Notes under the pieces: generated by a model
Database searches by the model: none
The model's input: only the letters and a program-made list of their open reading frames with translations
What the model was told of the DNA's origin: nothing
In this document: positions 7,952 to 17,518 of the stretch, piece by piece
Numbering within the stretch: position 1 is the first letter of the stretch
Layout: every line of letters starts with the position of its first letter
Made by a program: the position numbers and the translations under genes
Assembly (NCBI GenBank): GCA_020724845.1
Contig: DYGE01000003.1
Coordinates: 1,377 to 65,376, forward strand
Reading direction: 5' to 3'
DNA from: Candidatus Paceibacter sp.
Lineage (GTDB): Bacteria > Patescibacteriota > Minisyncoccia > UBA6257 > 02-FULL-45-10c
Length of the DNA: 64,000 nt

Positions 7952-10447
7952 ATGTCCACCAACAAAGCAAATAAAAAACTTAGTGATAAAGAAATAAACG
8001 CTTCTTTTTCAGAGAATGCTCTGAAGATGATGAGGAAGCGTTTTTTATTAGCCCGAGATGATGGTTCTCAAGAAAAACCAGCAGACATGATGCGACGGGT
8101 TACCGGCGCCTTAGCCGGTGTTGAGCGCGACTACGGAGCCGATGACAGGGCCGTGCATAAGTTTGAAGATGACTTCTTTGAAATAATGGCTAAGAAGGAA
8201 TTTACCCCTGCTGGACGAACAATTACCAACGCGGGCGCTCCAACTGCTTTGGTCGCTAACTGCATCGTCTTGCCAATTTTTGATTCCATGGAGGATATTT
8301 TCCAAACCTTGAAAGATGCCGCCTTGCTTCAGCAGGCCGGATCGGGTTTGGGTTTTGCTTTTTCTCATTTGCGGCCGGCCGGCGCCCCTACCAAGAGGTC
8401 GCGCGGGATTTCTTCAGGTCCGATTTCTTTCTTAGAGGTCTATAACCGGGCTTTTGGCGTCATCAAACAGCAAGGGAGGCATGGAGCCAATATGGCGATT
8501 ATGCGAGTGGATCATCCGGATATTTTGGATTTTATAAACTGCAAAAAGATCGAAGGAAAAATTCGCAATTTTAATATATCCGTCGGCCTTACAGATGAAT
8601 TTATGGAAGCAGTTCAGAACCGTCCAGATGAATTATGGATGGCTACCTTCAAGGGCGAGAAGATGAAGCCGAGAAAAGTCTTGCGGGCGAAGAACGGAAC
8701 AGTAACTGGATACGAAGAATTAGACATTACTGCCAAAGAGCTCTTTGACGAACTGGTGGAGGGCGCCTGGACGAATGGCGAGCCGGGAGTGGTGTTCCTG
8801 GATACCGTTAACAAAACCAATCCCTTGCCTAAGTTGGGAGAGATTGATGCCTGCAACCCCTGCGGAGAGCAGTTTTTGCACCACTATGATGTCTGCAATC
8901 TTGGTTCTATCAACCTTGCCGCTTTTGTCAGGCCGAATGTTTCTTCTTCCGCTAAGCCGAACGAGATGATCGACTGGAATCGCCTGCGTTTTGTGACTAA
9001 AACCGCTATACGCATGCTGGATAATGTGATTGACCGTTCTAAGTTCCCAGTTTCTAAAGTCACCGAAATGATGAAGAAGAACCGCCGGATTGGCCTGGGT
9101 ATAATGGGTTTTGCCGATCTGCTTTATCAATTGCGAGTGAAATATAACTCGCCGGAAGGTTTTGCTTTAGCGGAAAAACTGATGAAGTTCATACAAAAAG
9201 CCAGTGAGGAAATGTCTGAAGAATTAGCCCGCCAAAAAGGAGTTTTTGGCAATTACGATTTGAGCGTGTTTAAGGAAAAAGGCATCAAGCGGCGCAATAC
9301 CGCGCTTACTACCGTTGCCCCGACCGGCTCAATCTCTATGATGCTGGATACCTCCAGCGGCATTGAGCCGAATTTCGCGCTTCTCTACACTAAGCAAGAT
9401 AAAGATGGCCACCAATACCGATATTTGAATCAGTACTTCCAGAAGGCTCTGGAAGAGCACGGTATAGATCTGGAGAAGGTAAAAGACGAATTGGTCAGAA
9501 CCGGCAGCGTTCAGAAGCTGGACTGGCTGCCGAAAGAGTTGCGGGATACTTTTGTCGTTTCTATGGATATGTCAGCCGACGATCATATCGGCATTCAGGC
9601 GGCTTTTCAAAAACACGTGGATAATTCTATTTCCAAAACTATTAATTTTCCGAATAGCGCCACCAGAGAAGAAGTTGCTAAGGGATATATTATGGCCTGG
9701 AAGAAGGGCTGCAAGGGATGTACGGTTTATCGGGAAGGCAGTCGAACAGTCCAAATTCTCAATTTAGGCACTGGCGAGAACATTACTTCCCCGACGGATT
9801 TTCAGGAGGGATCGGAGAATGATAAGAAAGCTAACCGGCAGCCGCCTAAAGAGGCGATTGACCAGAGGGTTATGGATTTACCGAAATACTCTCCGAAGCC
9901 AAGGCCGGAAGTTCTGACCGGCCAGACCTATAAAATAAAAACTGGTTATGGCAATTTGTACGTGACGGTTAATAATGATGAAAATGGCCAGCCGTTTGAG
10001 GTTTTCGCCACTATTGGCAAGAGCGGCGGATTTTTCCAAGAGCAAAGCGAAGGAATCTGCCGGCTTATCTCTCTGGCGCTTCGTTCGGATGTCGGCGCGG
10101 AGGATATTATCAGAAACTTAAAGGGCATTCGCGGCCCGATGCCGACGCTTACGAACAAGGGAACAGTACTGTCCTTGCCGGACGCCATTGGCCAAATTCT
10201 GGAAGAGCATTTGAGTTATGTTTCCGGAGAAACTCCGAAACTGGAAGAAAAATCCGCTGAAACATTGTCCGAGCATATGAATAAGGCGGAACCGGTTTTT
10301 GTTAAATCAGATTCCCTAAGGAAAGAGCCGAAGAAATCTATGGCTGATTTTGGCGTGATGCCCGGCTGCCCTGATTGCGGTAATATGCTGGAAATGAGCG
10401 AGGGCTGCATGTCCTGTAAGGCATGCGGGTTTTCTAGGTGTATATAA
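7952..10447 (+). CDS. nrdJ: Adenosylcobalamin-dependent class II ribonucleotide reductase with C-terminal TSCPD/zinc ribbon
   Basis: ANC, NPCGEQ, CNLGS, APTG, TVYREG; C-terminal SLPDA and CPDC..CKAC. Confidence 0.93.
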   Translation: MSTNKANKKLSDKEINASFSENALKMMRKRFLLARDDGSQEKPADMMRRVTGALAGVERDYGADDRAVHKFEDDFFEIMAKKEFTPAGRTITNAGAPTALVANCIVLPIFDSMEDIFQTLKDAALLQQAGSGLGFAFSHLRPAGAPTKRSRGISSGPISFLEVYNRAFGVIKQQGRHGANMAIMRVDHPDILDFINCKKIEGKIRNFNISVGLTDEFMEAVQNRPDELWMATFKGEKMKPRKVLRAKNGTVTGYEELDITAKELFDELVEGAWTNGEPGVVFLDTVNKTNPLPKLGEIDACNPCGEQFLHHYDVCNLGSINLAAFVRPNVSSSAKPNEMIDWNRLRFVTKTAIRMLDNVIDRSKFPVSKVTEMMKKNRRIGLGIMGFADLLYQLRVKYNSPEGFALAEKLMKFIQKASEEMSEELARQKGVFGNYDLSVFKEKGIKRRNTALTTVAPTGSISMMLDTSSGIEPNFALLYTKQDKDGHQYRYLNQYFQKALEEHGIDLEKVKDELVRTGSVQKLDWLPKELRDTFVVSMDMSADDHIGIQAAFQKHVDNSISKTINFPNSATREEVAKGYIMAWKKGCKGCTVYREGSRTVQILNLGTGENITSPTDFQEGSENDKKANRQPPKEAIDQRVMDLPKYSPKPRPEVLTGQTYKIKTGYGNLYVTVNNDENGQPFEVFATIGKSGGFFQEQSEGICRLISLALRSDVGAEDIIRNLKGIRGPMPTLTNKGTVLSLPDAIGQILEEHLSYVSGETPKLEEKSAETLSEHMNKAEPVFVKSDSLRKEPKKSMADFGVMPGCPDCGNMLEMSEGCMSCKACGFSRCI

Positions 10448-10552
10448 GATTTAACGGCTCGCTGCTGGCGAACAGTTTATTAATCTTGACTTCGGCCATT
10501 TATTGGTCTACTTTATATATAGTTCAAAGTTGAACCGATTGAGGCAAGAGGG

Positions 10553-11065
10553 ATGACTATTGATCCGAATGAGCTTAGGCGGTTGGCGGAAGAGGCTAAT
10601 CAGAAGAAAGCTGATGCTGTTAAGCAGAAAGCGCTTGAGAGGATAGAGGCCGAGGCGCAGGCGATTATCGCTGAATTGCCGGGAACGCTGAAAGCCGCGG
10701 CAGAGAAGGGACATCTTAGTTTTAATTATTGCCCGATAGTGGATGCTGAAGTTGCAAAGAAGGTGATTGAGTATTGCAAGAGCCAAGGATTGAAAGTTTT
10801 TGGGGATCCAGGTGATGGGATGATTGATATCAGTTGGGAGGCAGAAGTAAAACCGACATCGGTGCCTTACAAATATGGCGAAAAGTTTGACAATAAATCT
10901 GGCAAGAATTATGAGCTTTGCCCGGAGCCTGGTTGCGGCAAGTCAGCCAAGAGTTGGTGTCGCTGTATGCGCAGCGACAGCACCTGCGTGGACGGCCATT
11001 CCTGGCATATTGATAATGAGGGGCTAGTTCGGCCCGGGGACAGCCATTCTAAAAAGAACCGCTGA
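10553..11065 (+). CDS. Hypothetical protein with C-terminal Cys/His cluster
   Basis: Own promoter (TTGACT-17-TACTTT), purine-rich RBS and terminator; CPEPGC..CRC..C..GH.WH. Confidence 0.7.
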   Translation: MTIDPNELRRLAEEANQKKADAVKQKALERIEAEAQAIIAELPGTLKAAAEKGHLSFNYCPIVDAEVAKKVIEYCKSQGLKVFGDPGDGMIDISWEAEVKPTSVPYKYGEKFDNKSGKNYELCPEPGCGKSAKSWCRCMRSDSTCVDGHSWHIDNEGLVRPGDSHSKKNR

Positions 11066-11143
11066 AGAAGCGGTTTTTTCTTTGACAATTTTGCAATTTT
11101 CGCTTATTATCTAATCAGCTCTCGTTCGATAAGCGAACAGGTA

Positions 11144-11332
11144 ATGGCTAAGAAAAGAAAGAGTAAGCACGTGGGAGATCCCAAGTGCGAGTCGCATTTT
11201 GGACAAATGTATGCCGCTGTGATGGGAAGCTGCAAGGGCTGCGGTAATCCGACTGCCAGCAGTGCCTTTCAACTCTGCAGCGTCTGCGCCAAGAAACGGG
11301 GCAAATGCCAGGTCTGCCTGAAGAAGCTTTAA
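11144..11332 (+). CDS. Small zinc-binding protein, CRIPT-like Cys spacing
   Basis: Cx2H...Cx2Cx11Cx2CAxKxGxCx2CxKK; promoter TTGACA-17-TATTAT; terminator. Confidence 0.7.
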   Translation: MAKKRKSKHVGDPKCESHFGQMYAAVMGSCKGCGNPTASSAFQLCSVCAKKRGKCQVCLKKL

Positions 11333-11387
11333 AAGAAAAAACCGCGGTTTAACCGCGGTATTTTAATTGCCTTGCCTATTTTTTTAT

Positions 11388-12170
11388 TTAACTGCTTCTA
11401 CTCAAAGCATTCCAAATTAAGGTAATAAGGAAAATGGCGCTGGCGATAATAATGATCGCCGGTCCCAGTTGGAAGGAGAATAAATTAGATACGGCTATTC
11501 CCGAAAGAACGGAGAAGAGAGATATGCCGGAAGAAATAACAAGCATGCTATTCAGATTTCTGGCGATATTACGGGCGGCAGATGCCGGGATGATGATCAG
11601 CGATCCCATCAAGAGTACTCCAAGGAATTTCATTCCCAGGATGACCGTCAGGGCGAAAGACAGCAAGAAATATAGCTGCAGCCGATCAGTGGAGATTCCG
11701 GCTGTTCTGGCGAGCTCTTTGGAGACCAGCGCTAAAACCAGCGAATGGCGGTTTTTCAGGATAAACCAGATTACAGCCGCAGCAATGATAGATCCGTAAA
11801 TAAATTCATTTGCGGTTACAGTGGCGATGCCGCCGAACAGCACCTCTACTAATTCGTGGGCTTCCTCAAAGGCCAGAGCTCCAACTGCCAAGCTAGCCGC
11901 GAAGAGTACCCCGATGACAGCTTCAGTGTTCAGTTTGGAAATTTTTTCAACTTTCCAAATAATCAGGGTTCCGAAAAGAAGCACTAGTCCGCCACCGAGC
12001 ACTGGATTGTACGAATAAATAAGCGCCAGCCCGATTCCCGGCAAAGCGACGTGCGACAGCGCGTCTCCTGCTAGAGTCATCCGGCGCATCAGAGCGAAGG
12101 ATCCGACAATGCCGGAAGCGACAGCGGTAAGGCCGGCCAGTATTAAACTAAGCATTTCTATGTTTATCAT
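11388..12170 (-). CDS. znuB: Zn/Mn ABC transporter permease
   Basis: GDALSHVALPG, GVLLMGSLIIIPA; hydrophobic. Confidence 0.88.
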   Translation of the reverse strand: MINIEMLSLILAGLTAVASGIVGSFALMRRMTLAGDALSHVALPGIGLALIYSYNPVLGGGLVLLFGTLIIWKVEKISKLNTEAVIGVLFAASLAVGALAFEEAHELVEVLFGGIATVTANEFIYGSIIAAAVIWFILKNRHSLVLALVSKELARTAGISTDRLQLYFLLSFALTVILGMKFLGVLLMGSLIIIPASAARNIARNLNSMLVISSGISLFSVLSGIAVSNLFSFQLGPAIIIIASAIFLITLIWNALSRSS

Positions 12171-12876
12171 GGTGGTTATGGGTAAAGAACTTGTGGTGTT
12201 CGTCGCCGTAGAGGTCGGTTAGGATATCCGGTTTCAGCACATCCTTTGGAACGCCCAGGCAAACTTGGTTCTTATTCAGGCAGAGCACTCTATCAGAATG
12301 CCGGTAGACATTGCTTAGATCGTGGGAAATGGTGATGATGGTCAGTTTGTGTTCATGCTTAAGCTTGTGCAGGGTGTCATGGATTTGCTGTTCGGTTGGT
12401 TCGTCAATTCCGGCGGTCGGTTCGTCAAAGAGGAGCACGTTTGTTCCTCCGATCAGGGCGAACGCCACTAGCGCCCGTTGAAATTCTCCTCCGGACAAAG
12501 TTCCGAGCGAATTGCCCAATAGAGAGGGCGAGAGATTTACTAAATCTAAGTATTTTTCCAGCTCTTCTTTATTCATTTTTCCGGTTTTGGAATGCAAGAA
12601 ATCGCGAAGCGAGAGCGGAACATTCCTTTCCAAATCCAGTTTTTGCGGCACATAACCTATGACCGAAGTAGGCGCCCAAGAGATCTCTCCACTATATGGC
12701 AGAACTCCTATTAAGGCTCTAAAGAGTGTGGTCTTGCCGGAGCCGTTCGGCCCGATGATCATGAAATGCTCGCCTCGGCTTATGTTAAAGCTAAGGTTAT
12801 CGATAACCGTTTCTTCCCCGAGCTTCACCGTCAGGTTTTTAACCGTGAGAATTTTTTGCGCTGTTTCTTTTTCCAT
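12148..12876 (-). CDS. znuC: Zn/Mn ABC transporter ATPase
   Basis: GPNGSGKT, LSGGE, DEPT, His-rich tail. Confidence 0.9.
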   Translation of the reverse strand: MEKETAQKILTVKNLTVKLGEETVIDNLSFNISRGEHFMIIGPNGSGKTTLFRALIGVLPYSGEISWAPTSVIGYVPQKLDLERNVPLSLRDFLHSKTGKMNKEELEKYLDLVNLSPSLLGNSLGTLSGGEFQRALVAFALIGGTNVLLFDEPTAGIDEPTEQQIHDTLHKLKHEHKLTIITISHDLSNVYRHSDRVLCLNKNQVCLGVPKDVLKPDILTDLYGDEHHKFFTHNHHDKHRNA

Positions 12877-12933
12877 AGTCGACCCCCTTTAGCAAGGGCT
12901 CGTATAATAATATTACCATAATTTCCGGTCGTC

Positions 12934-12956
12934 AAATTATTTGCAAATAATTTGCA
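12934..12956. promoter_or_regulatory. Fur/Zur-type operator palindrome
   Basis: Perfect 20-bp palindrome AAATTATTTGCAAATAATTT overlapping the 7-1-7 repeat TGCAAAT-A-ATTTGCA, between divergent znuC and the Fur-family gene. Confidence 0.75.
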
Positions 12957-12976
12957 TTTAGTTTAGCGTAGCAGAT

Positions 12977-13420
12977 ATGGGTAAAGTAGGCAATAAGGGT
13001 CAAATTAAAGAGAGACTGCGAACCTGGGGCTACAAAGCTACGTCGGCACGTCTTTCTATTTTGGGCGTTTTAGAGAAGTCCCCTTCGCCTCTTAGCGCCC
13101 AAGCGATTATTGATAGGATGAAGGGCGAAGTTGATCCGGCAACCGTGTATCGTAATATTAAGGCGCTTAGAGACAAGGGGGTTATCCGCCCGATTGATTT
13201 TCGCCACAACCACGCTCATTATGAACTGGAGACCGATCGAGAGAAGAAACGTCATCATCATCACCTGATCTGCACTAAATGCGGCGCCAGCGAGGACATT
13301 TCTTACTGCGACGTGGAGTTATTAGAAGAAATGGTTATTAGAAAATCAAAATCATTCAGCGCGATTAATCAGCATTCTCTTGAATTCTATGGTATTTGCG
13401 ATAAATGCTCTAAAAAATAA
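12977..13420 (+). CDS. Fur family transcriptional regulator (probably Zur)
   Basis: ATVYRN, HHHHLICTKC, GICDKC; next to znuBC. Confidence 0.92.
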   Translation: MGKVGNKGQIKERLRTWGYKATSARLSILGVLEKSPSPLSAQAIIDRMKGEVDPATVYRNIKALRDKGVIRPIDFRHNHAHYELETDREKKRHHHHLICTKCGASEDISYCDVELLEEMVIRKSKSFSAINQHSLEFYGICDKCSKK

Positions 13421-14495
13421 AAAAGCCGCTGTTTGGGCCGGAGTCATTCTCGCTGCGCTTTTCTTTGGTGCCGCTTTTGCCCAGCAGACCTATGAACCGC
13501 TGCCGCCGGAGGCGTTTCCGCCGGACCAATTTTATAAAGCCGAGGCCTTAGAGCTTTTTGATGATAAAGTTCGCTTGCAGATATTAAGTGGCGTGGAGCA
13601 GGGCAGGGAAATGGTCTTGGAAAACAACAGTTTATTTTACAATCTTGAAGAACAAAAGATAAAACAAGGAGAGGTGTTGGTGCTCATAAAAAATCAGGTT
13701 CTGGACGAGGTTAACTATTATATTGCCGACAAGTATCGGCTTCCGGCGATTATGGTTATTTTTATATTGTTTTTTGGCCTGACCGCGCTGACTGCTGGGT
13801 CGAGGGGATTGACTTCATTTCTGGGGCTGGTTTTCAGCATAGCTATCTTAGCGGTTTTTGTGGTTCCTAAGATATTGGCCGGCTATAATCCCTTATTCAT
13901 TTCTCTAGTCGGTTCAGTGGCTATTGTGTTGATATCGCTTTATCTTGCCCATGGATTTAATAAACGGACCTCTATTGCTCTTTTGAGCACTCTGCTGACG
14001 TTGGGCGTAGCCGCGGTTTTGGCTGTTGCGTTCGTTTACTTTTCGAAATTATTCGGCACTGGGAGTGAAGAAGCTTTTTATCTGCAAATTTCTTCAGTGG
14101 AAAATCTCAATCTCCGCGGGCTTCTTCTGGGGGCGATTATTATCGGCGCTCTAGGGGTGCTGGATGATGTGACCACCAGCCAGACCGCCGTAGTGGAAGA
14201 AATTAAAAAGGCTAACCGAACTCTTCCTTTCGGCGAGCTTTATAAGAGAGGATTAAATGTCGGCAGGGAACATATTACCGCTTTAGTAAACACGTTGGCG
14301 CTCGCCTATGCCGGAGCGTCTTTGCCGTTGTTTCTTTTATTTTCCATAAACGAGAGCCGGCGTCCTCTGTGGGTTATTCTCAATGATCAGATCGTGGCGG
14401 AGGAGATTATTCGCACTCTGGTCGGCAGTACCGCCCTTCTATTCGCGATTCCCATCACCACATTTTTAGCCGCTTATTTTTATAGTAGGGAATAA
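13389..14495 (+). CDS. YibE/F family membrane protein
   Basis: GALGVLDDVT.SQ, NTL.LAYAG, EI.RTLVGS. Start uncertain. Confidence 0.88.
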   Translation: MVFAINALKNKKAAVWAGVILAALFFGAAFAQQTYEPLPPEAFPPDQFYKAEALELFDDKVRLQILSGVEQGREMVLENNSLFYNLEEQKIKQGEVLVLIKNQVLDEVNYYIADKYRLPAIMVIFILFFGLTALTAGSRGLTSFLGLVFSIAILAVFVVPKILAGYNPLFISLVGSVAIVLISLYLAHGFNKRTSIALLSTLLTLGVAAVLAVAFVYFSKLFGTGSEEAFYLQISSVENLNLRGLLLGAIIIGALGVLDDVTTSQTAVVEEIKKANRTLPFGELYKRGLNVGREHITALVNTLALAYAGASLPLFLLFSINESRRPLWVILNDQIVAEEIIRTLVGSTALLFAIPITTFLAAYFYSRE

Positions 14496-14530
14496 ATATG
14501 CTATCATAAACATAACTTCCAGAAAAAAGT

Positions 14531-15163
14531 ATGAAGAAATTTTCACTGCCAAAACTCCCATACGAGCTTGGCGCGCTGGCGCCGCACCTCTCTAAAGAAA
14601 CTTTGGAATACCACTACGGCAAGCACCATGCCGCTTACGTCAATAAGCTGAACGGCATGATTGAGGGCAAGGATTACGTTAATATGCCGATTGAAGAGAT
14701 TATTCAGCGCGCTGATGATAAAAGCCTTTTCAACAATGCCGCGCAAGCTTACAACCATACGCTTTATTGGTATTGTATGAAGCCAAATGGCGGAAACGAA
14801 GACTCAAAACCGACCAACCAGATTGAATCGGCTATTACCGAGGCCTTCGGGTCAATGGTGAATTTTAAGGAAGAATTCACTAAGACTGGCCTTACTCATT
14901 TTGGCAGCGGCTGGGCTTGGCTGCTTAAGAGTAAAGAAGGTAGGCTGGAAATCAAAGGCATGCACGATGCCGACACTCCGATCAAAGATGGTAACACTCC
15001 GCTCTTGGCGTTAGATGTCTGGGAACACGCCTATTATATTGATTACCGCAACGCGCGAGCCGATTACATCACCGCTTTCTGGAAACTAGTTAACTGGGAA
15101 TTCGCCGAGAAGCAATTGCTAGCTGATCAGAGTGAACCATTGATGCTGGTTAGCGAACAATAA
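14531..15163 (+). CDS. sodB: Fe/Mn superoxide dismutase
   Basis: HYGKHH, FNNAAQ.YNH, DVWEHAYY. Confidence 0.92.
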   Translation: MKKFSLPKLPYELGALAPHLSKETLEYHYGKHHAAYVNKLNGMIEGKDYVNMPIEEIIQRADDKSLFNNAAQAYNHTLYWYCMKPNGGNEDSKPTNQIESAITEAFGSMVNFKEEFTKTGLTHFGSGWAWLLKSKEGRLEIKGMHDADTPIKDGNTPLLALDVWEHAYYIDYRNARADYITAFWKLVNWEFAEKQLLADQSEPLMLVSEQ

Positions 15164-15191
15164 AAAAGGGACTACTGAAGTAGTCCTTTTT
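15164..15191. terminator. Bidirectional terminator
   Basis: AAAAGGGACTAC / GTAGTCCTTTTT between convergent genes. Confidence 0.8.
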
Positions 15192-15193
15192 AA

Positions 15194-15838
15194 TTACCAT
15201 CCCAACTTTTCGTACAGAAGAACTCTCGCAACTTGAGCTAGCAGTACCGCGTCGTGATCGGCTCGGTGCGGTTTTTCTCTGGTATCCGGCACGCCAAGTT
15301 GCTTCAGCTTGGCATTTTTTCTGCCAGTGTAGCCGCGATGCAGGGAATTGAGTTCAATTCCGCCCCAGCCGAATGGCGAGCCGTTGTCGGTATTGGTTCC
15401 GAAACATAGATTGACGTGTCCGCTGTCAAAAAAGGCGGTGTCAATCACTCCTTGAACCCACTTTCCGCCGGTGACGCGGCGCACCCACTCTCTGAATCTT
15501 TCCATCGCCATTCGCGGGTCTTCGCAAACGCTCCGCATCCTTTCCAGAACAAGTTTTGGGTTGAAATTCTGACTGGTCGGATCGTACCTTGAATCGGATT
15601 GCCTGACTTCCTCCAAGCATTCAAGGTGCAGGCAGCCGACCCGCATCGCGTCTATCTCGCATTCCATAGAATGCGGCTTAATTTCCGCGTAAAAGATAAG
15701 TCCTCTTTCCTGATAATCGGCATAATCCAGTTTCTCCCTGGTAACCAGGCAGGCTCCGAGGGAAAGCGTTGGGTGGAACCCGAGCCGCTTGCCGGCTGCT
15801 TCCACGTCATTAGCGATATAGATCACGATATTCCACAT
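15194..15838 (-). CDS. DEDDh 3'-5' exonuclease-like protein
   Basis: DVE (ExoI), FD (ExoII), H.A..DA (ExoIII). Confidence 0.7.
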   Translation of the reverse strand: MWNIVIYIANDVEAAGKRLGFHPTLSLGACLVTREKLDYADYQERGLIFYAEIKPHSMECEIDAMRVGCLHLECLEEVRQSDSRYDPTSQNFNPKLVLERMRSVCEDPRMAMERFREWVRRVTGGKWVQGVIDTAFFDSGHVNLCFGTNTDNGSPFGWGGIELNSLHRGYTGRKNAKLKQLGVPDTREKPHRADHDAVLLAQVARVLLYEKLGW

Positions 15839-15924
15839 CTGATTATTTAGAGCCAAAGAAAAAATAACACGGCCGAATAAAAAAATAAAGCCCCGTTTGT
15901 CGGTTGACGAACGGGGCTTTTGAG

Positions 15925-16236
15925 TTAGGCCGCCTCGCGAGGCACGAATTCGCAGGGAAGAGTTTGTCGTTCTCCCATGCGCTGGAAGTACGACGGTTTG
16001 GCGGTAAGACGGAGGAAGTTGGTGTAATCGCTAGGGTCGTACCGGTCGTAGTTCAGGTGATGCGTATGGACGTACTCCGGCGCGATTTCCAGCTCCTCCA
16101 TTTTGATCCCGGGCCACTTCTTCTGGGCTTTCTGCCAGAGATCCTCGAAGTCGGTGTGGTCGTTTCCTTGGATGTAGAGCTCGTCCTTGGAGCTCTCGTT
16201 CTTATCCGGCGGCCAGTGCTGCGCGTGTATGCACAT
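15925..16236 (-). CDS. Hypothetical protein
   Basis: Consensus promoter TTGACA-17-TATAAT and AGGAG RBS. Confidence 0.7.
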   Translation of the reverse strand: MCIHAQHWPPDKNESSKDELYIQGNDHTDFEDLWQKAQKKWPGIKMEELEIAPEYVHTHHLNYDRYDPSDYTNFLRLTAKPSYFQRMGERQTLPCEFVPREAA

Positions 16237-16372
16237 GTTGATTCTCCTGTTTACAGTATTACTTCAACGAGCTTGGCTGTATTATATATCAAAAATTTCC
16301 TCTTGTCAAGCTAAAAATTTTATGTTAATCTCTTGGGAGATACAAAATCCAACCTTGAAAAAGGAAATCGGG

Positions 16373-16978
16373 ATGGAAACGGAAAGGGGTATGGTTCTAC
16401 ACACCGACCAGGAGAAGCTTTTGGCCAAGGTGGCCACGGTCAAAGACGAGCGTCTTCAACGAGAGCTCCAGCAGAGCGAAAAGGATACGGTCGTTAGAAA
16501 GAAGAATGTCTTTTTGCAGCAAAGAAAACAATTTGTTAAATATTTTGCCGAGTGTGCCGATGTCTATCTTGGAATTAAAAAAGAGGATCTTGTTAAATTT
16601 GACGAGAAAGAACTGCGTGATTTAGCCGGTTTCCTTGCGACTCAATCAGTTTCTAGAGCAAAGCTTGAGAAGATGTGGGGCTATATTGGCGGCCCACTTG
16701 TGACGACCTTAATGTTCGGTGCGGCGGTTTTTATACCTGCTACTATACCTTTTGGGTTTATGCCGGGTTTAGCATTTGGGCTTGCATTATCCGGCGGGCT
16801 CGCATCTCTGCTTTCTACTTTTGCGTGTTGCGAGCGTGCAGTTAGCTGGAATTATTGCCATTACCACAAGCTAATGCGCGACCGCTATGGAGAGAATTAT
16901 TTTCCCCATGCTCTGTTGGAGAGTGAGGGCGGAAAGAAAAAGAAAGCTCCTGCGAGCCAACCCGAAGAGAGTGATTAG
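16373..16978 (+). CDS. 2-TM orphan membrane protein, paralog family member 1
   Basis: Shares motifs with the ORFs at 42348 and 51491; own promoter, RBS and terminator. Confidence 0.75.
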   Translation: METERGMVLHTDQEKLLAKVATVKDERLQRELQQSEKDTVVRKKNVFLQQRKQFVKYFAECADVYLGIKKEDLVKFDEKELRDLAGFLATQSVSRAKLEKMWGYIGGPLVTTLMFGAAVFIPATIPFGFMPGLAFGLALSGGLASLLSTFACCERAVSWNYCHYHKLMRDRYGENYFPHALLESEGGKKKKAPASQPEESD

Positions 16979-17022
16979 ATTTTGCGAAAACCCCTGCCTC
17001 TGGCAGGGGATTTTTATATCGT

Positions 17023-17484
17023 TTATTTGGTAATTTGCTTCCAGAGCCAGACGACTGCTAAAACGCCGACTGTCAGCCAGATGAGCGAGCCGAGCCAGGC
17101 AAACAGCATCCAGAATCCGCCAAATCCTCCGCCCCAGGACATCATATTGTAGCCACCCATCATGCCTTGCGGCCATCTAGAAGCTTGGTCTCCGCCATAG
17201 CGCATGCCGACCAGCCGGCTAGCCATCATCGCCTGCGGTCCGGGATATTGCCGCATCAGTTCAACTAGCCGTTCGGATTCTGCGTCCGTTAAGGTCCCGG
17301 CCATCATATTGACCATCAAGCTCTCCATCTCTTCATGGAGTTCGTCTCCCAGCGCCTGGTCTTCAATAAATCTCATCATTCCGAAATCGGCATCGCCGCT
17401 TGCTTCACCGTGGGCCAGAGCCGCGACCGGAAGGGCGAGAAAAGAAGTTGATAAGAGTGAAATTATAAGTAGAATTTTTTTCAT
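17023..17484 (-). CDS. Met/Gly-rich exported membrane protein of the metal operon
   Basis: Signal peptide ending ALAH, Met-rich, C-terminal TM. Confidence 0.75.
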   Translation of the reverse strand: MKKILLIISLLSTSFLALPVAALAHGEASGDADFGMMRFIEDQALGDELHEEMESLMVNMMAGTLTDAESERLVELMRQYPGPQAMMASRLVGMRYGGDQASRWPQGMMGGYNMMSWGGGFGGFWMLFAWLGSLIWLTVGVLAVVWLWKQITK

Positions 17485-17518
17485 ATTTTGTATTTTAGGT
17501 TTATTAATTCCGACCTTT

